A stretch of 64,000 bases of DNA from a virus: IMG/VR virus record IMGVR_UViG_3300028581_000028, positions 20,314-84,313 of that record. One strand, 5' to 3'. Below, one piece after another: positions 54,289 to 61,666 of the stretch; the stretch's first letter is position 1, and every line of letters starts with the position of its first letter. Both the position numbers and the translations under genes were made by a program. Below the pieces are notes generated by a model that ran no database searches, was not told where the DNA came from, and was given only the letters and a program-made list of their open reading frames with translations.

Positions 54289-54293
54289 GCAAC

Positions 54294-54980
54294 CTAAAAA
54301 GACAGCGTACCTTGTTTGATACTTTCTGAAATTCGTTTGATTGCCTTGTCAATATATTCTTTGTCGATTTCAACAGCGGTTAAGTGTAAATTCATTTTAT
54401 CTAAACGGTTGGCTTTATCAACTGCCAAAGCTATTGAACCGCTCCCGAAATGGGTGTCTAAAATCTTTGCGTTTAGTTCAGCATATTTTGTAATTACCCA
54501 ATCATATAAATCAATTGGTTTTTGCGTTGGGTGTATTTTACCATTTTCGCTCCTGCTTAATAGTTTCTTTATTCGAGTAGGTTTTTTAAATGAAGTCCAA
54601 GCCATTTCACCATCTGCAAAACTCATCCCCTCACCTATCATTTTATCCCATATTAAAAAACATTTTGCACTTCCTAAGTATTCTAAAAAATAGTTTCCAC
54701 CCCAAATAATCTGATTTTTTGAAACGCGCTTCAGTTGTTCAAAATATTCATTGTTTGGCGTTGCATTATCCCAACCCTTTGTTTTAAATTGTTTAAAATA
54801 TGTTCCGCTTGTTTCAATATCAATTCCATAAGGAGGGTCAACAATAGCCAAATCAAAGTATTTATCAGGGTATTGCTTCATAATTTCCATACAGTCAGCG
54901 TGGAAAAGAGAAAGAAAAGGCAGCCGATAACACTCGCTATACGCAAGCTGGGGTGTAGTGGTATTTTGAAGGTCTGTCAT
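54294..54980 (-). CDS. Cassette 1: N6/N4 DNA methyltransferase (beta class)
   Basis: VDPPY, HPTQKP, LDTHFGSGS; ATG lies in the attC1 loop. Confidence 0.9.
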   Translation of the reverse strand: MTDLQNTTTPQLAYSECYRLPFLSLFHADCMEIMKQYPDKYFDLAIVDPPYGIDIETSGTYFKQFKTKGWDNATPNNEYFEQLKRVSKNQIIWGGNYFLEYLGSAKCFLIWDKMIGEGMSFADGEMAWTSFKKPTRIKKLLSRSENGKIHPTQKPIDLYDWVITKYAELNAKILDTHFGSGSIALAVDKANRLDKMNLHLTAVEIDKEYIDKAIKRISESIKQGTLSF

Positions 54981-55053
54981 TTTAATTTAGTTTTGTGTAA
55001 TTTGATACTTTTGCGCTTCTAAACCCCGCCAGCGCATAGCGGAAACGTTATAA
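54925..55053 (+). repeat. attC-like site 1
   Basis: CGATAAC..CGCTATACGCAAGCTGGGGT / ACCCCGCCAGCGCATAGCG..GTTATAA. Confidence 0.85.
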
Positions 55054-55131
55054 GCAAGCTGGCAGACGTGCTTCGATTTAACATTTCGGTTGAAAAAATT
55101 AAAATAAAAAAGCCCACGCACATCAGTTTTT

Positions 55132-55827
55132 TCAAAACTGTAAGGTTTGTTGTATTGCATCATAATTAGTTTTGTTGTTTGACCATATTGCTTCCGTTGT
55201 TTTAAACATAGCACCTTGCATATCTACCATTGGTTTAAATGGCAACCAATCAGCTTTAGTGTTTTCACATACTATTGCTTGTCCATTTCTATCTTTGCAC
55301 CATTCAGCAAGTTTTTTAAAGTCAATTTGTTTATTACTGCACTTGTATTCGTGTCCACCAAATTGATATGGTGGGTCTATAAACCAAGTTGCTTCTTCGT
55401 TTTCTAAATCTTCATAACTTGCTTCCCTTATTTCCCAATGTTTAATTTTATGCAGTTGTGTAGCAACATTATTTAATTGTGTTACTATTCCATCAACAGC
55501 ATAACTACTTACCGTTTTTCTTAATCCTGTTGTTCCTTGTTGCACTATAAATCCTAAAAATATTTTTTCATCAGCACTTAAATCAAAGTTATCAAGTGTT
55601 TCCCCAAGTTTTAAAATTGGCAATTTCCTAATATCGTTTTCACTACATTGTTGTAGCCATTTCCAAGTCCTTACTATTATGTGGTATTTATCTACAAGCA
55701 AAACATCGTTCTGCCAATATTTCAAGCTATACCTTGCACTTCCAGCAAAGGGTTCAATTATCCTTTTGTGTTTCGGTGGTGGATAGTAGTCCACTATTTT
55801 TGATTTGCTTCCGTAATAACTAAACAT
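55132..55827 (-). CDS. Cassette 2: Dam/D12-like (alpha class) adenine methyltransferase
   Basis: FSYYGSK, IEPFAGSA, FIDPPY. Confidence 0.85.
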   Translation of the reverse strand: MFSYYGSKSKIVDYYPPPKHKRIIEPFAGSARYSLKYWQNDVLLVDKYHIIVRTWKWLQQCSENDIRKLPILKLGETLDNFDLSADEKIFLGFIVQQGTTGLRKTVSSYAVDGIVTQLNNVATQLHKIKHWEIREASYEDLENEEATWFIDPPYQFGGHEYKCSNKQIDFKKLAEWCKDRNGQAIVCENTKADWLPFKPMVDMQGAMFKTTEAIWSNNKTNYDAIQQTLQF

Positions 55828-55905
55828 ATTTTCCCACGCTTTTTTTTATTTTAATTTTTTCTTTAGTGCTTCGATTTGGCATTTGTGCTAAACAATCCAG
55901 CCAGC

Positions 55906-56003
55906 TTATAACAGCGGTTTTGTGCTATTTGCCCCATTAAGTTTGTCGTTAAATTGAAACATTGTGCAAGGGCAAACAGACACAAAGCCGCAAACCGTTA
56001 TGC
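55906..56003 (+). repeat. attC-like site 2
   Basis: TTATAAC.GCGGTTTTGTGCTATTTGCCC / GGGCAAACAGACACAAAGCCGC..GTTATGC. Confidence 0.85.
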
Positions 56004-56009
56004 ACAAGT

Positions 56010-56240
56010 TTAAGAACCTGCGACATCACATCCTTTTCCGATTGAAAGTGATTTTTTAAATATCTCAACTTTTTGAGTATAATCATTAACAAATCCAATA
56101 GACGTTACTCTAAATGATTTTTTATTGTTTTTAAAAACGTAACGCATTTGGATAAGTTTGTAATATCCACTACTTTCAAACATTCCTACATCAAACCATT
56201 GTGATTTTTCAGGAAATAAATAATTAATTAGCTTTTTCAT
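56010..56240 (-). CDS. Cassette 3: small hypothetical protein (MKKLINYLFPEK...)
   Basis: ATG at 56238-56240 with A-rich leader; the frame also stays open into attC3. Confidence 0.6.
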   Translation of the reverse strand: MKKLINYLFPEKSQWFDVGMFESSGYYKLIQMRYVFKNNKKSFRVTSIGFVNDYTQKVEIFKKSLSIGKGCDVAGS

Positions 56241-56275
56241 TTTATATTGTTTTAAAATTAATAATAAAAACCTGT

Positions 56276-56373
56276 GCATAACCGCACCTATAAGCAATAC
56301 AGCCAATGAGCTTTAGTTGTAACTTTATAGCGTGGTGCATGGCTGTACTGCTCATAGCTGCAACACGTTAGCA
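56276..56373 (+). repeat. attC-like site 3
   Basis: GCATAAC..CTATAAGCAATACAGCCA / TGGCTGTACTGCTCATAG..GTTAGCA. Confidence 0.85.
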
Positions 56374-56415
56374 ACAAGCGTAAGAAAGTCCTACGCTCAT
56401 TACCAACTTGGAAAA

Positions 56416-56616
56416 TTAATCTTTACTAATTTCCCATTCCTTTTTAACAAATCCAGAGAATGAACCAAATTTCTTTTTAAACTTGGATAAACACTCCTTT
56501 TTTGTTTGTCCGTAATAACTATATCTTGCCCCATTATGGAACTCGACAGTTAAATTGAACTCTTCACCGTCTTTTGGTCTTTTGCCTTTTGTACGGTCGA
56601 TGACTTTTATTGCCAT
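56416..56616 (-). CDS. Cassette 4: small hypothetical protein
   Basis: 66 aa ORF filling the cassette body. Confidence 0.65.
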   Translation of the reverse strand: MAIKVIDRTKGKRPKDGEEFNLTVEFHNGARYSYYGQTKKECLSKFKKKFGSFSGFVKKEWEISKD

Positions 56617-56641
56617 GATAAAAAATGTATTAAACGCCAGT

Positions 56642-56772
56642 TGCTAACACTGTATAAATTCAAGTTGGGCGTTGTTCAAACTTGAAACAGTTGTGCTACT
56701 TATATCATTTTGGTAGGTTGACAGGGCATCACACTTAATCCCAACCTGAAATTTATACAGATACCGTTATGT
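56642..56772 (+). repeat. attC-like site 4
   Basis: TGCTAAC.CTGTATAAATTCAAGTTGGG / CCCAACCTGAAATTTATACAG..GTTATGT. Confidence 0.85.
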
Positions 56773-56778
56773 GTAATG

Positions 56779-57435
56779 TTAAGAAGCATCCGTGCAACTT
56801 TGAAGCACTTCAAAACATAATTGTTCAGGGATTCTACTTCTTTCGTAATGTCCGTTTTTACCTTGCGTTCCTGTTTTTGCTCCACGTCTTGCACTTTCAT
56901 GGTGGCAATGCTTATTCATTACATTACCTTGCTTATCGTATTTGTAATTGTGGCATTCGGATCTTGGTATCCATGTTTTTGAGTTAGTCCAAATATCTGT
57001 TGGCTTTGCTCGATCATCTCCATATTGGCAGTACCAAACTGTATGCCTTTTAAATTCTTGCATCCATTCCATGTGTCTTAACATTCCACGTGGGTTTTCA
57101 ATAAAAAACACCATGTTTGGGTTTATAGCCAACCAGTCTTTTATTAGCTTAATAAAGTGTTGGTTTACGACATCACATTTTTTAGCATAATCGCTTTTAG
57201 GTTCTGTTTTATTCCTATGTGTGCTTATCGCTGCAATAGTGTATGTGGTGCAATCAGGCGAAGCCCAAACAACATCAGGAATAAAAGGCACATCTTCTTT
57301 TTTAAGTTCGCCAATATCAATCGAAAGGTTAATGTTTTCGTATTGTTCCCAATCAACTGAAAAAACATTCATTCCTAATTTATCAGCAACTTTACCAATA
57401 CTTCTCGATCCTGCAAATAATTCTAATATATTCAT
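56779..57435 (-). CDS. Cassette 5: compact C5-cytosine-methyltransferase-like protein
   Basis: LELFAGS (motif I), WASPDC (motif IV), FIENP (motif VI), YCQYG..KPTDIW. Confidence 0.8.
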   Translation of the reverse strand: MNILELFAGSRSIGKVADKLGMNVFSVDWEQYENINLSIDIGELKKEDVPFIPDVVWASPDCTTYTIAAISTHRNKTEPKSDYAKKCDVVNQHFIKLIKDWLAINPNMVFFIENPRGMLRHMEWMQEFKRHTVWYCQYGDDRAKPTDIWTNSKTWIPRSECHNYKYDKQGNVMNKHCHHESARRGAKTGTQGKNGHYERSRIPEQLCFEVLQSCTDAS

Positions 57436-57463
57436 AATTAATAATTTACTAATAAAACACTAC

Positions 57464-57556
57464 ACATAACAAAGGCTATAAGCAATTGCCTATCAGCGTT
57501 TGTGGTTAATTGAACAGTATTTACAAGGCAACTGCTCATAGCCTCGAACGTTAGGT
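57464..57556 (+). repeat. attC-like site 5
   Basis: ACATAAC..AGGCTATAAGCAATTGCCT / AGGCAACTGCTCATAGCCT..GTTAGGT. Confidence 0.85.
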
Positions 57557-57574
57557 GTAATGCCAGCGGACACC

Positions 57575-58255
57575 CTAAAACATTCGGAGTTGGCTGACAA
57601 AATCTTTAAAACGCTTTTCTTGTGCTTCATAATAATCTTTGTTAAGTTCAAAACCTGTAAAGTTGAAATTTCCTTTAGCACAAGCAATTCGGCTACTTCC
57701 TGAACCTAAATGAGTGTCTAAAATCAAATTGCCTTGCTCTGCATAATTTTGTAAAATCCAATCGTAAATATTTATATGCTTTTGGCAAGGATGTATTTTT
57801 CCTTTAAATGTATAGTCAACTTTCAATTTGCCATCAAATCCATTCATATTACCAATATCTGAAAATCGTATCATTTTACATTTGCCATCAAAAGAAGTCC
57901 ACGCCAATTCAAATTCATCAAATTCTCGTTTCCCTAAATATCCTGCTTTTATAACTGATTTGTCCCAGCATATCCATTGCCGTTTTATTGGCAAATTAAA
58001 GTAGTTTCCGCCCCACACTATTTGATTTTTAGAAACTCTAAATAACTGCTCCCAATATTCGTCTGTTGGTCTTTCTTTGTCCCATTCAGCTATTCCAATT
58101 CCGTAAGGTGGGTCAACTATTGCAAGGTCAAAATGATTATCAGAAAAGCGTTTTAAACCCTCTACACAATCCTCATTATACACCACAGAAGGCACTGCAC
58201 CTAACACGGTATTGGCAAAATTGCCGTTCTGTTTTTCAATTAAACTTTCGTCCAT
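57575..58255 (-). CDS. Cassette 6: N6/N4 DNA methyltransferase (beta class)
   Basis: VDPPY, HPCQK, LDTHLGSGS; ATG lies in the attC6 loop. Confidence 0.9.
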   Translation of the reverse strand: MDESLIEKQNGNFANTVLGAVPSVVYNEDCVEGLKRFSDNHFDLAIVDPPYGIGIAEWDKERPTDEYWEQLFRVSKNQIVWGGNYFNLPIKRQWICWDKSVIKAGYLGKREFDEFELAWTSFDGKCKMIRFSDIGNMNGFDGKLKVDYTFKGKIHPCQKHINIYDWILQNYAEQGNLILDTHLGSGSSRIACAKGNFNFTGFELNKDYYEAQEKRFKDFVSQLRMF

Positions 58256-58322
58256 AATTTCAACTTTTGTTTTTCAATTTATCTTTCGGTTCGGCAACTT
58301 CGCCAATACCCATACGTACGTT
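58199..58322 (+). repeat. attC-like site 6 (terminal, degenerate R')
   Basis: ACCTAAC..GGTATTGGCAAAATTGCCG / CGGCAACTTCGCCAATACC-CATAC-GTACGTT. Confidence 0.8.
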
Positions 58323-58402
58323 CTTCTGTATCCATGCTGTTTATTTTTTTGGTTTAAAGGGGCGAGGCATAAGCCCCAACCCCTCCTTCTGAACAAAGCA
58401 TC

Positions 58403-59344
58403 TTAATTAACTATTTCGATTTCTTGTTTTGTATTTTTGCCAATCCAGTCCATTATGGTATTATATGCAATGAGGTTTATGTGATAACCTCTGCCAGTCA
58501 TAATAAACTCTGTTTTTTGTTTTGTATTGGTTGAGTGATTTGTATATCTGGTAACTCCGTTAAATAACCCCCATAATGTTGCTCCCTCTAACTCCATCTC
58601 GGTCTTCATAGCCAGATTTACCTTTTCGGCTACCTTTAGCTTATTTCCGTTAATATCGCCTTTTTTAGCATCAAGGTTAATGTCGAAACATTCCTTAAGA
58701 ATACTGGCAAAGATCTCGTCACGTAATGGAGTATCTGACATTATCTTGAAATTTTTCATAAGTTTTTCATCCATTACAATAGTACGTCTTAACTCTTGCA
58801 TCGCCAATTTAATGCGTTCTACCGCAGACTCGGAGTGTCTAAATTTGGGTATATCTCTGTATGCCTTATAAAATGTATTTTCACATACAACGACTGTATT
58901 TGAACTACCAAATCCAATCGAGGTTGATCCGTTATGGCTATTAAGAGCAGTAATGTGTCGCCTTACTGAACTCTTGCCAATAAACTCGGTCTTTAACTCG
59001 CATTGTAAATACACTTTTTTACCCTCGTGTAGCATCCCTCCACGACTAACATCAAGTCCGATGCCCTCACTTGCCAGTACCAGCGTTTCGGCTAATTGGC
59101 TATTTTGGTAAGGGATGTATTTATCGGTAACTGATCCAAGCCATTGTTTTGTATCCTTTCTAAAAATACCAGTACTGCCAGATTTTAGTCCATTAATGTC
59201 TGGATCGTCTGATAATGTAACTAAAGGAATTTGAATTACAGACCAGTTTAAGCCAGTAGATTCAAGTACATCGAGAATTTTCTCGTTTTGTTCGTAGGTA
59301 GTAACTACCTTTTGTTCGTTTTGGTTTACAGTTGCTTCGTTCAT
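58403..59344 (-). CDS. DUF932 family protein
   Basis: GLNWSV, GSVTDKYIPYQN, NSHNGS, VVCENT, TLWGLFNGVTRYTNH. Confidence 0.85.
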   Translation of the reverse strand: MNEATVNQNEQKVVTTYEQNEKILDVLESTGLNWSVIQIPLVTLSDDPDINGLKSGSTGIFRKDTKQWLGSVTDKYIPYQNSQLAETLVLASEGIGLDVSRGGMLHEGKKVYLQCELKTEFIGKSSVRRHITALNSHNGSTSIGFGSSNTVVVCENTFYKAYRDIPKFRHSESAVERIKLAMQELRRTIVMDEKLMKNFKIMSDTPLRDEIFASILKECFDINLDAKKGDINGNKLKVAEKVNLAMKTEMELEGATLWGLFNGVTRYTNHSTNTKQKTEFIMTGRGYHINLIAYNTIMDWIGKNTKQEIEIVN

Positions 59345-59377
59345 ACTTATTAATTTTAACGGTTATTTAATTACTTA

Positions 59378-59419
59378 TTGCACAAATATACAATCGAGAT
59401 AATTAAAATGCAAGTCTTT
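59378..59419 (-). promoter_or_regulatory. Conserved phage promoter, copy 3
   Basis: AAAGACTTGC..TTGTATATTTGTGCAA, upstream of the DUF932 gene and the cassette array. Confidence 0.75.
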
Positions 59420-59571
59420 ATTAATATATTTTTTATTGTTTTATACATTAGTATATTACAATTAACATTATAATTTATTAATTTATATATGTTGCACAAT
59501 TATATAACATAATCAATTAACTGTTAATATATAAGTTATTAATTTGATAATGCCGACTTTTATAATTAACA

Positions 59572-59937
59572 TTAATCTAATTCAAAGCCATTAATCTCAT
59601 AAAATCTGGAATGATATAATGCTAATTGGGTTTCAGATAATATTTTCTTAGTTCTGGATGTGTTTAACTCAAAAAAGTTATTCTTGTTTTTCATTATAAC
59701 ACGTCCAGCCCAGTTAAATATCATTTTATCCTTGTGCTTTATCCCTTGACAAGCGTTATAATCCAAGAAAAGAGTGTACTCCTCACCGCTTATTAAATTG
59801 CCCATATACGAGGTTACGTTATTTTTTCTAATGGCTAACTGTTTTCCTTCTTCGGTTGTAAAAAGGTTATACCATAAATCGCCACTATCTGCATCTCGCA
59901 GTTCGGCTTTAATGAATATCAGTTTTTTCTTTTGCAT
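59572..59937 (-). CDS. Hypothetical protein
   Basis: 121 aa ORF with AATAAGT-ATG start. Confidence 0.6.
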   Translation of the reverse strand: MQKKKLIFIKAELRDADSGDLWYNLFTTEEGKQLAIRKNNVTSYMGNLISGEEYTLFLDYNACQGIKHKDKMIFNWAGRVIMKNKNNFFELNTSRTKKILSETQLALYHSRFYEINGFELD

Positions 59938-59939
59938 AC

Positions 59940-61031
59940 TTATTTTGTTTTAGTTGTTTTAAAATATAATTGCTGGGGAGAATATCTGTAATACTTTGGT
60001 GTATCTGGCTTTTTTAATTCGATCCACTCTACAGCCTTATTTATTCTATCAAGGTTTGTGTACTCAAATGTTTTTGATTTGGTGTTGTATCCTTGTGCTT
60101 TAAAAAAAGCATCAACCTCTGCCTTCCTTTCGGTAGTTGTAAACACACAATCTGTTAAAAACATAAGAAAATCATCGCCCAGTTGGTCGGCTAATTTTAA
60201 AAAGACATCGTAAACATATCCAATAATATTATGCCTAATATGTCTATACTCTGGCTCTCTTCTGTTTATGTAGCGTTTGGGCTTCCCTAATTCATCAACC
60301 TCCATATCCCGACCTTTATAATGGGTTTCCATTTCGCATTTATCCAGCGATCCGATTGAGGCATTTCTACCAAGTTTCCACTCTTTCTTTTTCAAACCCT
60401 TTTTATACGTTTGCTCTGTAATGTACCCAATTTTATAAATCGTTTCCCAGTAGCAATTATTAATATCAACCGAAACACAAACCTTATTTATGTTTTTTTC
60501 AATAGCATCAAGGTTAAATAATTGTTCTTTATAATCCCTCTCCCTTCGAACCAGCTTATCGGCATTCATACTTAGCCAAATATCAACATCAAACTTTACT
60601 GCCTTTGATAAATGAAATCCTTTTCCAACAACATCATCTGCATTAAACGGAATGTATGTTTTGCCATCGTATTTTATTTTTTCAGTTGTTCCGCTAACAA
60701 TTACAGTAAAATTATCACCCCTATCCTCTAAAAATTTTTTTATAACTCCGTAACGATTTTCATCGAGGATAAAAACCGACTTTGGAGGTCTGGGGGGTTT
60801 TATCGCAACGTCCCCGTTTATTTTTTGATCTCCGCCAATATTATCCTCTTGGGGTGCGTTTACTTTAACCTTGCCCTTCTTTTGTTTTAAAGGGCTTTCT
60901 TGGGCTAATTTCTTATCCTTTTTTTCAACAACTTTAACCGAGTTAATATCATTGTTAATAACCATCTCCTTATTATCAATAAGTTTACTCGGTTCTTCAC
61001 TTTTTTTCTTGGCTTTTTTAATCGCTTTCAT
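59940..61031 (-). CDS. Minimal family-B DNA-polymerase-like protein
   Basis: SVDINNCYW (motif A-like), KLGRNASIGSL (motif B-like), FLTDCVF (motif C-like), in the expected order. Confidence 0.55.
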   Translation of the reverse strand: MKAIKKAKKKSEEPSKLIDNKEMVINNDINSVKVVEKKDKKLAQESPLKQKKGKVKVNAPQEDNIGGDQKINGDVAIKPPRPPKSVFILDENRYGVIKKFLEDRGDNFTVIVSGTTEKIKYDGKTYIPFNADDVVGKGFHLSKAVKFDVDIWLSMNADKLVRRERDYKEQLFNLDAIEKNINKVCVSVDINNCYWETIYKIGYITEQTYKKGLKKKEWKLGRNASIGSLDKCEMETHYKGRDMEVDELGKPKRYINRREPEYRHIRHNIIGYVYDVFLKLADQLGDDFLMFLTDCVFTTTERKAEVDAFFKAQGYNTKSKTFEYTNLDRINKAVEWIELKKPDTPKYYRYSPQQLYFKTTKTK

Positions 61032-61045
61032 ACTTATTTTTGTTT

Positions 61046-61660
61046 TTATAAGCCCAGTCTTAATTGGCTTGTGAAGTCTTTAAAACGCTTTTCTTGTGCC
61101 TCAAAATAATCATTATCTATCTCAAATCCAGTAAACTCAAGCCCAGCTTTAAAGCAAGATATTCTACTACTTCCACTTCCAAGATGTGTATCAAGAATTT
61201 TCATATTTGGTTCGGAATAATTTTTTAATATCCAGTCGTATAGTTTTATTGGCTTTTGAGTCGGGTGTAAGCGATATAACTTAGGGTTACTTCCTTTAAA
61301 TATTTTTGCCAGTTTATCGAAAGAAGTCCAAGCGTATTCACACATTGCCAAGCTAAAATCTTCTCCAATTTGCTTATCCCATATTAAAAAACAACGAGTT
61401 GGTGGTAAATCAAAATAATTACCGCCCCAAATTATTTGATTTTTAGATACACGAAATAACTCGTCCCAGTACTCTTTGGTTGGAACATTATCCCAGTCTT
61501 TATTAACTATCTCGTTAAAATTCATCTTGCCACTACTACCGCCCTTAAACTTATCGCCAATTCCATACGGAGGATCAACGATTGCAAGGTCGAAGTGTTT
61601 ATTGGTAAAACGCTTAAGTCCTTGTACGCAATCCTCGTTATAAACCATATTTACTATCAT
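61046..61660 (-). CDS. N6/N4 DNA methyltransferase (beta class)
   Basis: VDPPY, HPTQKP, LDTHLGSGS. Confidence 0.9.
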   Translation of the reverse strand: MIVNMVYNEDCVQGLKRFTNKHFDLAIVDPPYGIGDKFKGGSSGKMNFNEIVNKDWDNVPTKEYWDELFRVSKNQIIWGGNYFDLPPTRCFLIWDKQIGEDFSLAMCEYAWTSFDKLAKIFKGSNPKLYRLHPTQKPIKLYDWILKNYSEPNMKILDTHLGSGSSRISCFKAGLEFTGFEIDNDYFEAQEKRFKDFTSQLRLGL

Positions 61661-61666
61661 AATTCG

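Larger units (their letters stand above)
54282..58322 (+). mobile_element. Array of six integron-like gene cassettes (CALIN-like; no integrase in window)
   Basis: Six attC-like hairpins, one gene between each; each cassette bounded by its own 14-16 bp inverted repeat. Confidence 0.85.

Noticed and set aside
54987-57687. Short ORFs overlapping attC sites (54987..55214, 56700..56900, 57493..57687)
   Set aside because: They overlap the 3' ends of the methyltransferase genes in other frames and have no recognisable motifs.
54925-58322. Hairpins read as a CRISPR array, plain terminators or REP elements
   Set aside because: The units are not direct repeats and are separated by whole genes; they lack U tracts and share TAAC/GTTA cores with cross-site complementarity.
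59420-59571. Very AT-rich intergenic stretch as replication origin
   Set aside because: No iterons or DnaA boxes are visible; it can be explained as promoter upstream sequence.
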